Shown here one piece after another: positions 46,525 through 56,365 of a stretch of 64,000 nt of DNA (positions within the stretch are counted from its first letter, which is position 1; every line of letters begins with the position of its first letter). Origin of the DNA: an uncultured Hungatella sp. (lineage in GTDB: Bacteria; Bacillota; Clostridia; Lachnospirales; Lachnospiraceae); contig CANDZL010000008.1 of NCBI GenBank assembly GCA_947425205.1, positions 8,899-72,898 on the forward strand, read 5' to 3'. The notes beneath the pieces were generated by a model that had not been told where the DNA came from, ran no database searches, and was given only the letters and a program-made list of their open reading frames with translations. Position numbers and translations under genes: made by a program.

Positions 46525-48456
46525 ATGACAAAAACGACAAGAATGACGACGGCTCAGGCTATTGTTAAATTTCTGGATAACCAGTATGTCTCTATGGATG
46601 GAGTGGAGACCAAGTTTGTGGAAGGATTTTTTACGATTTTTGGACACGGGATCGCAGTGGGATTGGGTGAGGCTTTGGATTCGAATCCAGGCGGACTGAA
46701 GGTGATGCAGGGCAGGAATGAACAGGGCATGTGCCATACAGCCATTGCATTTGCAAAACAGAGCAACCGGAAGAGGATCATTGCCTGTGCGTCTTCTGTG
46801 GGACCAGGCGCTGCCAACATGGTGACTGCCTGTGCCACAGCTACGGTCAACAACATTCCCCTTCTGGTGTTCCCGGCTGATACATTTGCATCCCGACAGC
46901 CGGATCCAGTACTTCAGCAGCTGGAGCAGAGCAGCAGCCTTGCAGTGACTACCAACGATGCCTTTAAGCCGGTGTGCAAGTACTGGGATCGGATCACCAG
47001 GCCGGAGATGGTGATGACGGCTTTGATCAATGCCATGCGTGTCTTAACAGACCCGGCGGAGACTGGTGCCTGCTGTATCGGGCTGTGCCAGGATGTAGAG
47101 GGCGAATCCTTTGATTTCCCAGATTATTTCTTTAAGAAAAGGGTTCACCGGATCACCAGGCCAGTGGCGGTGGAAGAAGAACTGGAGGATATCGCGGAAG
47201 TGATCGGACAGGCGAAGAGACCGCTGATCATTGTAGGCGGCGGTGTGAAATATTCTGAGGCCGGGGAGACTGTGGAGAAGTTCTGCCAGGAGTTTAAAAT
47301 TCCATTCGGGGAGACCCAGGCAGGAAAGAGCGCATGTATGTCCAGCCATCCGTACTGTTTAGGCGGCATCGGTGTCACAGGAACGTATGCCTCCAATATT
47401 ATTGGAAAGGATGCGGATGTGGTGATTGCCATCGGATCCAGGATGTCTGATTTTACCACCAGTTCCAAGCATCTGTTCCAGAATGAGGATGTGAAGTTTG
47501 TGTCCATCAATAATTGCCGGTTCCATGCCTACAAGATGGATGCAGTGAAGGCTGTGGGGGATGCCAAGGTGACGCTTGAGGCTCTGGCTGAGAAATTGAG
47601 AGGGAAGGGATACGTTTCTTCCTACACGGACGAGATTGAGAAGGCCAAGGCAGCTTGGGATAAGGAGATGGATCATCTGGGAGGTATTGAATATACAGGG
47701 GATGAGTTTGAGCCTCTGATCAAGGCCAGGGATCCACGGACGATTCCGGAGTTTGTGAAGCTGACTGGCGGAAAGATTACCCAGACCGGGGCATTGGCTG
47801 CGATCCGAAGGGTGATTGATAAGGATGCTACCATTATCACGGCAGGCGGGTCTCTTCCAAGCTGTATGCAGAGAATGTGGACCACAGACAAGAGAGGCGG
47901 ATATCATGCGGAGTATGGATACTCCTGTATGGGATATGAGGTTGCTGCCACATTGGGTGTGAAGTTTGCAGAGCCGGAGAATGAGGTTTACTGCGTGGTA
48001 GGGGATTCCAGTTTTCTGATGCTGAACAGCGAGATCATGACCATTATGCAGGAGAGACAGAAGGTTAATATTCTGGTGTTTGATAACTGTGGGTTTGGGT
48101 GCATCAACAACCTGGAGATGAATCATGGTATTGGAAGTCTGGCTACGGAATTTCGGTATACCAACGGGAAGAAGCCTTGTGAGGATCTGATTCCTGTGGA
48201 TTATGCTAAGGTGGCGGAAGGGTATGGGTTAAAGGCTTATACCTGCCGTACCATTGCTGAGTTGGAGGCTGCTTTGGAGGACGCTAAGAAGCAGGAGATT
48301 GCGTGCTTGTTTGACCTAAAGGTAATTCCTAAGACCATGACAGACGGGTATGAGTCCTGGTGGAATGTGGGAATTGCCACTACTTCTGAGAAGGCGTCTG
48401 TGAGAGAGGCTTGTGAGGGAGTGTTGAAGGGGAGAAGTGAGTCAAGGGCTTATTAG
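46525..48456 (+). CDS. iolD: 3D-(3,5/4)-trihydroxycyclohexane-1,2-dione acylhydrolase
   Basis: Motifs MTTAQAIVKFL, QGRNEQGM, EYGYSCMGYE and ThDP motif GDSSFLM. Confidence 0.95.
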   Translation: MTKTTRMTTAQAIVKFLDNQYVSMDGVETKFVEGFFTIFGHGIAVGLGEALDSNPGGLKVMQGRNEQGMCHTAIAFAKQSNRKRIIACASSVGPGAANMVTACATATVNNIPLLVFPADTFASRQPDPVLQQLEQSSSLAVTTNDAFKPVCKYWDRITRPEMVMTALINAMRVLTDPAETGACCIGLCQDVEGESFDFPDYFFKKRVHRITRPVAVEEELEDIAEVIGQAKRPLIIVGGGVKYSEAGETVEKFCQEFKIPFGETQAGKSACMSSHPYCLGGIGVTGTYASNIIGKDADVVIAIGSRMSDFTTSSKHLFQNEDVKFVSINNCRFHAYKMDAVKAVGDAKVTLEALAEKLRGKGYVSSYTDEIEKAKAAWDKEMDHLGGIEYTGDEFEPLIKARDPRTIPEFVKLTGGKITQTGALAAIRRVIDKDATIITAGGSLPSCMQRMWTTDKRGGYHAEYGYSCMGYEVAATLGVKFAEPENEVYCVVGDSSFLMLNSEIMTIMQERQKVNILVFDNCGFGCINNLEMNHGIGSLATEFRYTNGKKPCEDLIPVDYAKVAEGYGLKAYTCRTIAELEAALEDAKKQEIACLFDLKVIPKTMTDGYESWWNVGIATTSEKASVREACEGVLKGRSESRAY

Positions 48457-48470
48457 TAGGAGTCGCCAGG

Positions 48471-48582
48471 GTGCCGCCTCCCTTCTCCGTCTTGCCAATG
48501 AAATTATGCCCGATAAAGCGGGGCATACTGCTCGACGGAGTTTTGCCAGATATAATGTGGCCAAAACATTAGGGGGCGGTGC
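48471..48582 (+). ncRNA. Candidate multi-stem junction RNA or repeat element between iolD and iolB
   Basis: Closing stem GTGCCGCCTCC/GGGGGCGGTGC (all WC or GU pairs) encloses CTCCGTC/GACGGAG, ATGCCC/GGGCAT and TTTTGCCA/TGGCCAAAA. Confidence 0.55.
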
Positions 48583-48628
48583 GATATAGAGAGATGGTTG
48601 GATTGTCAGATAGGAAAAGGAGAATTCT

Positions 48629-49414
48629 ATGGGAAAAGTGTTTGGTTATCCGAAGTTTGATGAGAAGGGTGAGATGATACTTACCACGTATGATAATGAG
48701 TATAAGGCCATGATGATGGATATCCGGGTGTTCCGGATGAGTCAGGGGGAGACGAGAAGCTTTTACCGGGAAGGGGAGGAGACAGCGGTTCTTCTTCTGT
48801 CTGGAAAGGTTACCTACAGCTGGGATGGAAAGACGGAGACCGTAAGCAGGAAGGATGTGTTTACGGAAGGGCCTTGGTGCGTTCACGTGTGTACAGGACA
48901 TAAGGTGGATGTGACGGCAGAGGCGGACACGGAGATTCTGGTGCAGTGTACCAAGAATGAGAAAACATTTGAAAGCTGTCTGTATGCCCCGGAGGATGCT
49001 CCGTGGGGATACTCCAGCGTAGGGAAGTTTGGCAATGTGGCCAAGAGACGGGTGAATACTATTTTTGACCACGACATTTCGCCAAATTCCAATATGGTGC
49101 TGGGGGAAGTGCTGAATGACAGGGGGAACTGGTCCGGCTATCTGCCTCACAGGCATCCCCAGCCGGAGACGTATCTCTTTAAGTTTGACCGGCCGGAAGG
49201 GTTTGGTGCCAGTTTTGTGGGAGACCAGGTGTTTAAAAGCGTGGACAACAGCTTTTCCGCCATTCCGGGAGGGGAGCTGCATCCCCAGGCTGTGGCTCCG
49301 GGATTCCAGATGTATACCTGTTGGATGATCCGTCATCTGGACGGGAATCCATGGCTGCAGACAGACCGGTGTGAGGACGAGCGGTATGTGTGGATGCATG
49401 ATGCGCAGTTTTAA
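48629..49414 (+). CDS. iolB: 5-deoxy-glucuronate isomerase
   Basis: Motifs GNWSGYLPHRH, ETYLFKF and LHPQAVAPG. Confidence 0.88.
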   Translation: MGKVFGYPKFDEKGEMILTTYDNEYKAMMMDIRVFRMSQGETRSFYREGEETAVLLLSGKVTYSWDGKTETVSRKDVFTEGPWCVHVCTGHKVDVTAEADTEILVQCTKNEKTFESCLYAPEDAPWGYSSVGKFGNVAKRRVNTIFDHDISPNSNMVLGEVLNDRGNWSGYLPHRHPQPETYLFKFDRPEGFGASFVGDQVFKSVDNSFSAIPGGELHPQAVAPGFQMYTCWMIRHLDGNPWLQTDRCEDERYVWMHDAQF

Positions 49415-49422
49415 GTAAAATG

Positions 49423-49467
49423 AAAGGGCAGAGGTGGAGGAGAAATCCTCTGGATTCTCTGCCTTTT
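49423..49467 (+). terminator. Intrinsic terminator of the iol operon
   Basis: AAAGGGCAGAG...CTCTGCCTTTT. Confidence 0.7.
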
Positions 49468-49658
49468 ACTTTTGCAGGAAGTGAAGCATCGTCGCGTTTT
49501 GGTGCGCAAGTCCGGTGAATTGGACGTTTGGTTGCCATCTGTGGAAGATTCTGATTATAAGGTTTCTTTTTTTCTAAGTGCCATACATTCCAGGCAATAT
49601 TTTAAACCGCATTTATTCAATCCAAAATTCGCAGAATCCAAAATTCGAACATCAGTAC

Positions 49659-49687
49659 TTGCCAAAGTTTCAAATTTATGTGATAAT
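49659..49687 (+). promoter_or_regulatory. Candidate promoter of the topoisomerase operon
   Basis: TTGCCA-17bp-GATAAT with an extended TG. Confidence 0.55.
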
Positions 49688-49780
49688 ATAGGTTGCAGTT
49701 TTAAAAGCCGGTTATTTCAGGGAATTGCGGCCCTGATGTGTTGGCTTTAGCGGATAAGAACCAGATATGGAGGAGTATTC

Positions 49781-51700
49781 ATGGCGAAGGCACAGTATAA
49801 TGCGGACAGTATCACGGTCCTGGAGGGCCTAGAGGCTGTCAGGAAAAGGCCGGGCATGTACATAGGAGGAGTCGGAACCAAAGGGCTTAACCACCTTATT
49901 TATGAAATACTTGACAATGCGGTGGATGAGCATCTGGCAGGATTCTGCAGTCAGGTGTGGGTGACGCTGGAGGCGGATGGCTCCTGCACAGTCAGGGACA
50001 GCGGCCGGGGAATTCCGGTGGGCATGCATAAGAAGGGAGTGTCGGCAGAGCGGGTGGTATTATCGACCCTTCACGCCGGAGGCAAATTCGACAACCAGGC
50101 CTATAAGACCAGCGGAGGCCTTCACGGAGTAGGTTCCTCGGTGGTAAATGCACTTTCCGCCCGTCTGGATATTAAAGTCTATCAGAACGGGTGCATCTAT
50201 CATGATGCCTATGAGAAGGGAATTCCTGTGGTGGAACTGGAGAACGGCCTCCTTCCGGTGCTGGGTAAAACCAAGGTGACAGGGACGGAGATTAATTTTC
50301 TGCCGGACGGAACCATTTTTGAGAAGACGCGGTTCAAGGCGGAGTGGCTGAAGAGCAGAATACATGAGACGGCTTACCTAAATCCCGGCCTTACCATCAC
50401 TTATGCCAACAAGCGGCCAGGGGAGGAAGAAGAGATTGTCTACTGTGAGCCGGAAGGGATTGTGGCCTACGTAAAGGAACTGAACACCAATAAGACACCA
50501 GTCCACGACCCCATCTATTTTAAGGGCAAGGTGGAGCAGATTGAGGTGGAGGCGGCTTTTCAATTTGTGGATACCTTTGAGGAGAATATACTGGGGTTCT
50601 GCAACAATATCTTTACTCAGGAAGGGGGAACCCACCTGGCAGGCTTTAAGACCAAGTTTACCATGATGATCAACAGCTATGCCAAGGAACTGGGGATTTT
50701 AAAGGAGAAGGATGCCAATTTCACAGGGGCTGATACCCGGAACGGCATGACGGCCATCGTGGCGGTGAAGCATCCGGATCCCATCTTTGAGGGGCAGACC
50801 AAGACCAAACTGGCCAGCGCCGATGCCACCAAGGCGGTATTTTCCATTACGGGAGATGAGTTGGAACTGTACTTTGACCGGAATCTGGAAGTGCTAAAGG
50901 GGATCATCGGCTGTGCGGAGAAATCGGCCAAGATCCGGAAGGCGGAGGAGAAGGCCAAGACCAATATGTTGAGCAAGTCCAAGTTTTCCTTTGACAGCAA
51001 CGGGAAGCTGGCCAACTGCGAGAGCAGGGATGCCCAGAAGTGCGAGATCTTTATCGTGGAGGGAGATTCTGCCGGCGGTTCGGCCAAGACAGCCAGGAAC
51101 CGGATGTACCAGGCTATTCTGCCTATTCGAGGAAAGATACTCAATGTGGAGAAGGCATCTATGGACAAGGTACTGGCCAATGCGGAGATCAAGACCATGA
51201 TCAATGCCTTCGGCTGTGGATTTTCCGAGGGGTATGGCAATGATTTCGACATCAGCAAGTTGCGTTATCACAAGATCATTCTGATGACCGATGCGGATGT
51301 GGACGGAAGCCATATTGATACCCTTTTATTGACATTTTTGTACCGGTTTATGCCGGAACTGATCTATAATGGGCACGTGTATATCGCGATGCCGCCGCTT
51401 TTCAAGGTGATACCCAAAAAGGGACAGGAGCAGTATCTGTATGATGAGAAGGATCTGGAGCGGTATCGGAAGACCCATACAGGGGATTTTATCCTGCAGA
51501 GATACAAAGGCCTGGGGGAAATGGATGCGGGACAGTTGTGGGAGACCACACTGGATCCGGAGAACCGGGTGTTAAAGCGGGTGGAGATCGAGGATGCCAG
51601 GCTGGCATCGGAGGTTACGGAACTTTTGATGGGAAGCGATGTGCCGCCTAGACGGCAGTTTATCTATGACCATGCGGAAGAGGCGGAGGTTGACGCGTAA
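49781..51700 (+). CDS. parE: Type IIA topoisomerase B subunit (topo IV ParE-like)
   Basis: Motifs LEAVRKRPGMYIG, SGGLHGVG, EGDSAGGS, MTDADVDG and RYKGLGEM. Confidence 0.88.
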   Translation: MAKAQYNADSITVLEGLEAVRKRPGMYIGGVGTKGLNHLIYEILDNAVDEHLAGFCSQVWVTLEADGSCTVRDSGRGIPVGMHKKGVSAERVVLSTLHAGGKFDNQAYKTSGGLHGVGSSVVNALSARLDIKVYQNGCIYHDAYEKGIPVVELENGLLPVLGKTKVTGTEINFLPDGTIFEKTRFKAEWLKSRIHETAYLNPGLTITYANKRPGEEEEIVYCEPEGIVAYVKELNTNKTPVHDPIYFKGKVEQIEVEAAFQFVDTFEENILGFCNNIFTQEGGTHLAGFKTKFTMMINSYAKELGILKEKDANFTGADTRNGMTAIVAVKHPDPIFEGQTKTKLASADATKAVFSITGDELELYFDRNLEVLKGIIGCAEKSAKIRKAEEKAKTNMLSKSKFSFDSNGKLANCESRDAQKCEIFIVEGDSAGGSAKTARNRMYQAILPIRGKILNVEKASMDKVLANAEIKTMINAFGCGFSEGYGNDFDISKLRYHKIILMTDADVDGSHIDTLLLTFLYRFMPELIYNGHVYIAMPPLFKVIPKKGQEQYLYDEKDLERYRKTHTGDFILQRYKGLGEMDAGQLWETTLDPENRVLKRVEIEDARLASEVTELLMGSDVPPRRQFIYDHAEEAEVDA

Positions 51701-51773
51701 AGAGATCGTAGAGAGATCCGGGGCCAGGCGGTATGCCTGGTTCAGTCAGTTCCCCAACAGGTGCCGCTGGTGC

Positions 51774-51798
51774 TGGGAATCGCCTGAGGCGATTCCCA
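51774..51798. repeat. Perfect palindrome within a hairpin-rich parE-parC spacer
   Basis: TGGGAATCGCC-TGA-GGCGATTCCCA. Confidence 0.8.
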
Positions 51799-51866
51799 AT
51801 GGCCGGTTGGCGTAACCTGGCAAAGAGTATGGGAACAGTTAGGGGAATACAGATTGAGGAGGAGAC

Positions 51867-54101
51867 ATGGCAGAAAAGATATTGACCACGGAATATTCGG
51901 AGGAGATGCAGCGCAGCTTCATGAACTACTCCATGAGCGTCATCACGGCCAGGGCCATTCCAGATGCAAGAGACGGATTGAAGCCGGTGCAGCGGCGGGT
52001 GCTTTATGACATGAGCGAGCTGAAGCTGGGGCACGACAAACCTCATCGGAAATCGGCCCGTATTGTGGGCGATACCATGGGTAAGTATCATCCCCACGGG
52101 GACAGCTCCATCTATGAGACTCTGGTGGTGATGTCCCAGGATTTTAAGAAAGGCATGGCGTTGGTGGACGGCCACGGCAATTTTGGTTCCATCGAGGGGG
52201 ATGGGGCTGCGGCCATGCGTTATACGGAGGCCAGGCTGGAGAAGTTTGCAGAGGAAGTGTATCTGAAGGACTTGGATAAAACCGTGGAGTTTGTGCCCAA
52301 CTATGACGAGACAGAGAAGGAGCCGGAGGTGCTTCCGGTGCGGGTTCCCAATCTGCTGATCAATGGAGCGGAGGGGATTGCAGTAGGCATGAGTACTAGT
52401 ATTCCGCCTCACAATCTGGGGGAAGTGATCGACGCGGTGAAAGCGTATATCGCCAACCGGGACATTTCCACGGAGGAGCTTCTGAAACTTATGCCGGGAC
52501 CGGATTTCCCTACAGGAGGTATCATTGCCAACAAGAAGGATCTGTTGGAGATCTATGAGACGGGAACGGGAAAGATCAAGCTGCGGGGAAGAATGGAGGT
52601 GGAACTTGGCAAGCGGAAGGCGGATAAGGATAAACTGGTGATCACCCAGATTCCCTACACCATGATCGGAACCGGAATCAACAAGTTTCTGATGGACGTG
52701 GCAGAACTGGTGGAGTCCAAGAAGCTGACAGATGTGACAGACATTTCCAACCAGTCCAACAAAGAGGGAATCCGCATTGTGCTGGAACTGAAAAAAGATG
52801 CGGATGTGGAGCGGATCAAAAACATATTATATAAGAAGACAAAGCTGGAGGATACCTTTGGGGTCAACATGCTGGCTATTGCGGACGGCAGGCCGGAAAC
52901 CTTGAACCTTCGGGGGATTTTAAGAAATTATCTGGATTTCCAGTATCAAAACAGCAGGAAGAAGTATCAGATCCTGCTGGATAAGGAAATGGAGAAGAAG
53001 GAGATTAAGGAAGGGTTAATCAAGGCCTGTGATGTGATTGACCTGATCATCGCCGTGCTGCGAGGGTCTAAGAATCTAAAGGATGCAAAATTGTGCTTAA
53101 CCACAGGGGATACCAGCAAGATCAAGTTCCGGGCAGCCGGGTTTGAGGAGGATGCGAAGAAACTTCGTTTTACGGACAAGCAGGCAACGGCTATCCTGGA
53201 AATGCGGCTGTATAAGCTGATCGGGCTTGAGATCCTGGCTCTTGAGAAGGAATACAAGGAGACGTTGCGAAAGATCAAGGAATACAGCCGGATCTTGAAG
53301 AGCAAGGAGGCCATGGACCAGGTGATCGTGGAGGATCTGGATGCCATCAAGGAGGAGTTTGCCCTTCTTCGTATGACAGACATCGAGGATGGGAAGGAAG
53401 CTGTGTACCAGGAGACTCCCATGGAAGTGCAGGAGGTTGCATTTATCATGGATCGGTTCGGTTACTGTAAACTTCTGGACAAGACCACCTACGAGAGGAA
53501 TCAGGAGACTGTGGAGGGGGAGCATCCCTTTGTAGTGCGGTGCATGAATACGGACAAGATCTGCCTGTTTACAGATGTGGGAAGCATGCATCAGGTGAAG
53601 GTGACGGATATTCCCTTTGGCAAGTTGCGGGAGAAAGGGACTCCCCTTGAGAATATCAGCAAGTACGACGGCACGAAAGAGAAGATCTTATTTCTGACCA
53701 GCCTTGACCAGATGATGGGGAAACAATTGATCTTTGCCACAAAGATGGCTTTGGTAAAATTGGTTCCGGCGGAGGAATTCATCACCAATAACCGGATGGT
53801 GGCCTCTACCAAGTTCCAGGATGACGACAAGCTGGTGACTGTCCGGCTGGCGGCGGCAGGCGACGTGGTGCTCCAGACGGTGAACGGGTATTTCCTGCGG
53901 TTTGACGGGGCAGAGATTTCGGAGATGAAGAAGAATTCCAAAGGTGTCCGGGGAATGAAACTGGAGCGTGAGGATGAACTGGAACATCTGTACCTGGTGA
54001 ATGAGGATCCGGTGGTGGTCTATAAGAAGAAGGAGATTCAGCTAAGCCGCCTGAAGGCGGCCAAGAGAGATGGGAAGGGAACGAAGGTAAGGCTGTCCTA
54101 A
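51867..54101 (+). CDS. parC: Type IIA topoisomerase A subunit (topo IV ParC-like)
   Basis: Motifs [20 protein letters not shown] and AAMRYTE. Short CTD with no GyrA-box. Confidence 0.88.
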   Translation: MAEKILTTEYSEEMQRSFMNYSMSVITARAIPDARDGLKPVQRRVLYDMSELKLGHDKPHRKSARIVGDTMGKYHPHGDSSIYETLVVMSQDFKKGMALVDGHGNFGSIEGDGAAAMRYTEARLEKFAEEVYLKDLDKTVEFVPNYDETEKEPEVLPVRVPNLLINGAEGIAVGMSTSIPPHNLGEVIDAVKAYIANRDISTEELLKLMPGPDFPTGGIIANKKDLLEIYETGTGKIKLRGRMEVELGKRKADKDKLVITQIPYTMIGTGINKFLMDVAELVESKKLTDVTDISNQSNKEGIRIVLELKKDADVERIKNILYKKTKLEDTFGVNMLAIADGRPETLNLRGILRNYLDFQYQNSRKKYQILLDKEMEKKEIKEGLIKACDVIDLIIAVLRGSKNLKDAKLCLTTGDTSKIKFRAAGFEEDAKKLRFTDKQATAILEMRLYKLIGLEILALEKEYKETLRKIKEYSRILKSKEAMDQVIVEDLDAIKEEFALLRMTDIEDGKEAVYQETPMEVQEVAFIMDRFGYCKLLDKTTYERNQETVEGEHPFVVRCMNTDKICLFTDVGSMHQVKVTDIPFGKLREKGTPLENISKYDGTKEKILFLTSLDQMMGKQLIFATKMALVKLVPAEEFITNNRMVASTKFQDDDKLVTVRLAAAGDVVLQTVNGYFLRFDGAEISEMKKNSKGVRGMKLEREDELEHLYLVNEDPVVVYKKKEIQLSRLKAAKRDGKGTKVRLS

Positions 54102-54233
54102 TGAAAAGGTATTGGACTTAGGGCGCGATGCCCTGGCATGATCACCAGGTTGAAGGGGCGGCAGCGTAAAGCATGCATCCTTTCAAAATAAAAGAAGCAT
54201 GCAGATAAAAAAATTTATGTAGAGGAGAAGAGA

Positions 54234-54959
54234 ATGATGGCAGAGTTAAAAGTACCAACCCCTCATATTCAGGCACTTGATGGGGAGATTGCAGAGACAG
54301 TTTTGCTTCCCGGGGATCCGCTGAGGGCAAAGTTTATTGCGGATACGTTTTTGACGGATGTAAGGCAGTTTAATGGGACAAGGAATATGCTGGGATATAC
54401 AGGGAAATATGAGGGCAAGCCGGTATCGGTTATGGGAACCGGTATGGGATGTCCGTCCATCGGGATTTATTCCCATGAACTGATTCATTTTTATGGATGT
54501 AAGAACCTGATTCGTGTGGGTACGGCTGGGGCGTTGAATCCAAAGTGCAAGGTGCGGGACATGGTGTTCGGCATGGGAGCGTGTACCACTTCCAATTATG
54601 TCCGGCTGTTTGGGCTTCCAGGGGATTATTCTTGTATTGCAAGTTTTGAACTGCTGTCCAAGGCGGTGGAAAGCGCCAAGGCTCTGGGGCTTTCCTATCA
54701 TGTGGGGAATGTCTTAAGCTCGGATATGTTCTATGGGCCCCAAAAGCAAGCAAGCGGCGGTATGACCTGGGCGGATATGGGGGTTCTGGCAGTGGAGATG
54801 GAGGCAGCGGCGCTTTATAGCAATGCGGCGGCAGCAGGGGTTCATGCGCTGTGCATTGTCACGATCTCTGACTCGGTGGTAACCGGTGAGGCGACCACAG
54901 CCCAGGAGAGACAGACTGCGTTTACCAATATGATGAAGGTGGCTTTGTCATTGGCGTAG
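54234..54959 (+). CDS. deoD: Purine nucleoside phosphorylase DeoD-type
   Basis: Motifs PGDPLRAKFIA, GMGCPSIGIY, LIRVGTAG and VEMEAAALY. Confidence 0.95.
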   Translation: MMAELKVPTPHIQALDGEIAETVLLPGDPLRAKFIADTFLTDVRQFNGTRNMLGYTGKYEGKPVSVMGTGMGCPSIGIYSHELIHFYGCKNLIRVGTAGALNPKCKVRDMVFGMGACTTSNYVRLFGLPGDYSCIASFELLSKAVESAKALGLSYHVGNVLSSDMFYGPQKQASGGMTWADMGVLAVEMEAAALYSNAAAAGVHALCIVTISDSVVTGEATTAQERQTAFTNMMKVALSLA

Positions 54960-54985
54960 GATAGGGTTGTTGTTATGATAAAGAA

Positions 54986-55034
54986 AGACTGATAGATAGT
55001 GGTTTCTATGATTTAACCACTGTTTATCAGTCTG
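54986..55034 (+). terminator. Probable deoD terminator
   Basis: Arms AGACTGATA/TATCAGTCT with inner AGTGGTT/AACCACT. Confidence 0.6.
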
Positions 55035-55166
55035 TGTCTGCCACGTAAGCTTTTTCCTTTATTGGATATGGCATTTTTTGGTTATTCTCAATCCCTGTTT
55101 TTATATGGCCTTCCATGGTTTATGTAAGATTGGAGTTCTGTTCGTTGAGGCTGTTATGACCTGTAC

Positions 55167-55401
55167 TTAGACAGCTATCCTGTTGTTCGATAAATTCTTA
55201 TAATAGTCAAAAGCTTTCATAGTATGTTTTTCATATGTTTTTTTCGTTATCTGTTCTCCGGTGTATGGATTTAGGAATTGTGTATGTGAATCTTTTTACC
55301 GAACACGCTGGAATCCATAGTACTCTAACACATTCTTTGCTTCCATAGGTTAAATCTTGTTAGGTTGTCCTTCCATTTTTTGTGTTTTTTCTATTTATCA
55401 A
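55167..55401 (-). pseudogene. hicA: Decayed HicA-family toxin gene
   Basis: Manual translation IEKTQKMEGQPNKI*PMEAKNVLEYYGFQRVR*KDSHTQFLNPYTGEQIT, with in-frame stops at 55350-52 and 55296-98. AGGAG RBS and a frameshifted TTG start. Confidence 0.65.
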
Positions 55402-55457
55402 TGGCTTACTCCTATTATTAGAGTTGATATTTATATAGTGCTATACATAGAACGAAG

Positions 55458-55488
55458 TTGCTAAGTGCCAGTGGCACTTGTTTAGCAA
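55458..55488. repeat. REP-like palindrome
   Basis: AAGTGCCA-G-TGGCACTT nested in TTGCTAA/TTAGCAA. Confidence 0.65.
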
Positions 55489-55643
55489 TGACCGGAGCGG
55501 AGATGTTCACGTAGTGGGAGCGTGCCAAAGAGAATACAGCAGGATTCCTTCATCAGGTGGCCTTTTCGCGATTTCTCAAACAGGTCAAAAGACCTTTTGA
55601 CCCCAACATCATGATATTGTTTCAGATGGCATAAAATTTAAGG

Positions 55644-55672
55644 TTGACAGACAATAGAAGTTTTTTTATAAT
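55644..55672 (+). promoter_or_regulatory. Perfect-consensus sigma-A promoter of the NADAR-NrtR-PARG operon
   Basis: TTGACA (55644-49), 17 bp, TATAAT (55667-72). Confidence 0.88.
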
Positions 55673-55683
55673 AAGTATGAATT

Positions 55684-55752
55684 GATAATATCAAAATAAT
55701 AATATCAAAATGATAATATTAAAAGAGAATATCATAAGGGTAATATCAAATA
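55684..55752 (+). repeat. Five ~14-bp tandem repeats (candidate NrtR operator array)
   Basis: Units GATAATATCAAAAT, AATAATATCAAAAT, GATAATATTAAAA, GAGAATATCATAAG and GGTAATATCAAATA. Confidence 0.75.
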
Positions 55753-55804
55753 AGAATAATTGATGGCAGATAAAAACACAGAAAAGACAAGGAGGTAAGG
55801 CAGG

Positions 55805-56365
55805 ATGGTTTACAATCTGAAGGAATTAAGGGATGCCTATAATGGTGGTGAAAGGTATAAATTTTTATTTTTCTGGGGGCATACCCCGGCTGCAGACGGG
55901 TCTATCAGCCAGGCTTGCCTCAGCCAGTGGTGGCAATGCCATTTTCAGATTGAAGGTGTAGAGTATAGCTGTGCAGAACAGTTTATGATGGCAGAGAAAG
56001 CCAGAATGTTTGGTGATGAGGAGATGCTTCTTAAGATTATGGAGGCGGTGTATCCTAAGGAAATGAAAGCCTATGGGCGTGCGGTTCAAGGATTTGATAA
56101 GGACGCTTGGGAGAAAGCCTGCTATGATATTGTGAAGAGGGGAAATCTTGCAAAATTTTCCCAAAACCAGGAACTTCTGGACTTTCTCCTGGGAACCGGA
56201 AAAAGGATTCTGGTGGAGGCCAGTCCAAGAGACCGGATATGGGGGATTGGGATGGGCAGATCCAATCCGGATGTAGAGAATCCTCTGAAGTGGAGGGGCA
56301 CAAACCTGCTGGGATTTGCTCTGACTGAGGTGAGGGACCGATTGTTGGGAGAGATAGGTGCTTGA
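55805..56365 (+). CDS. NADAR (YbiA/DUF1768) family protein
   Basis: Motifs FLFFWGH, CLSQWW, AEQFMMAEKA, VEASPRDRIWGIG and GTNLLGFAL. Confidence 0.92.
   Translation: MVYNLKELRDAYNGGERYKFLFFWGHTPAADGSISQACLSQWWQCHFQIEGVEYSCAEQFMMAEKARMFGDEEMLLKIMEAVYPKEMKAYGRAVQGFDKDAWEKACYDIVKRGNLAKFSQNQELLDFLLGTGKRILVEASPRDRIWGIGMGRSNPDVENPLKWRGTNLLGFALTEVRDRLLGEIGA

Noticed and set aside
52075-52125. Quinolone-resistance substitution in ParC
   Set aside because: The QRDR reads HGDSSIYE, with the usual Ser and acidic residues.
49781-54101. Calling the pair gyrB-gyrA
   Set aside because: The A subunit has a short CTD with no GyrA-box and there is no dnaA-recF context. Topo IV is more likely, though unproven without the rest of the genome.
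55030-55160. hicB remnant or displaced HicA C-terminus (KAYVAD) downstream of the HicA pseudogene
   Set aside because: The match is too short, overlaps the deoD terminator, and shows no HicB motif in any frame I read.
55684-55752. Tandem arrays (also 36586-36660 and 43816-43880) as CRISPR or replication iterons
   Set aside because: Units are adjacent with no unique spacers, and there is no cas or rep gene.
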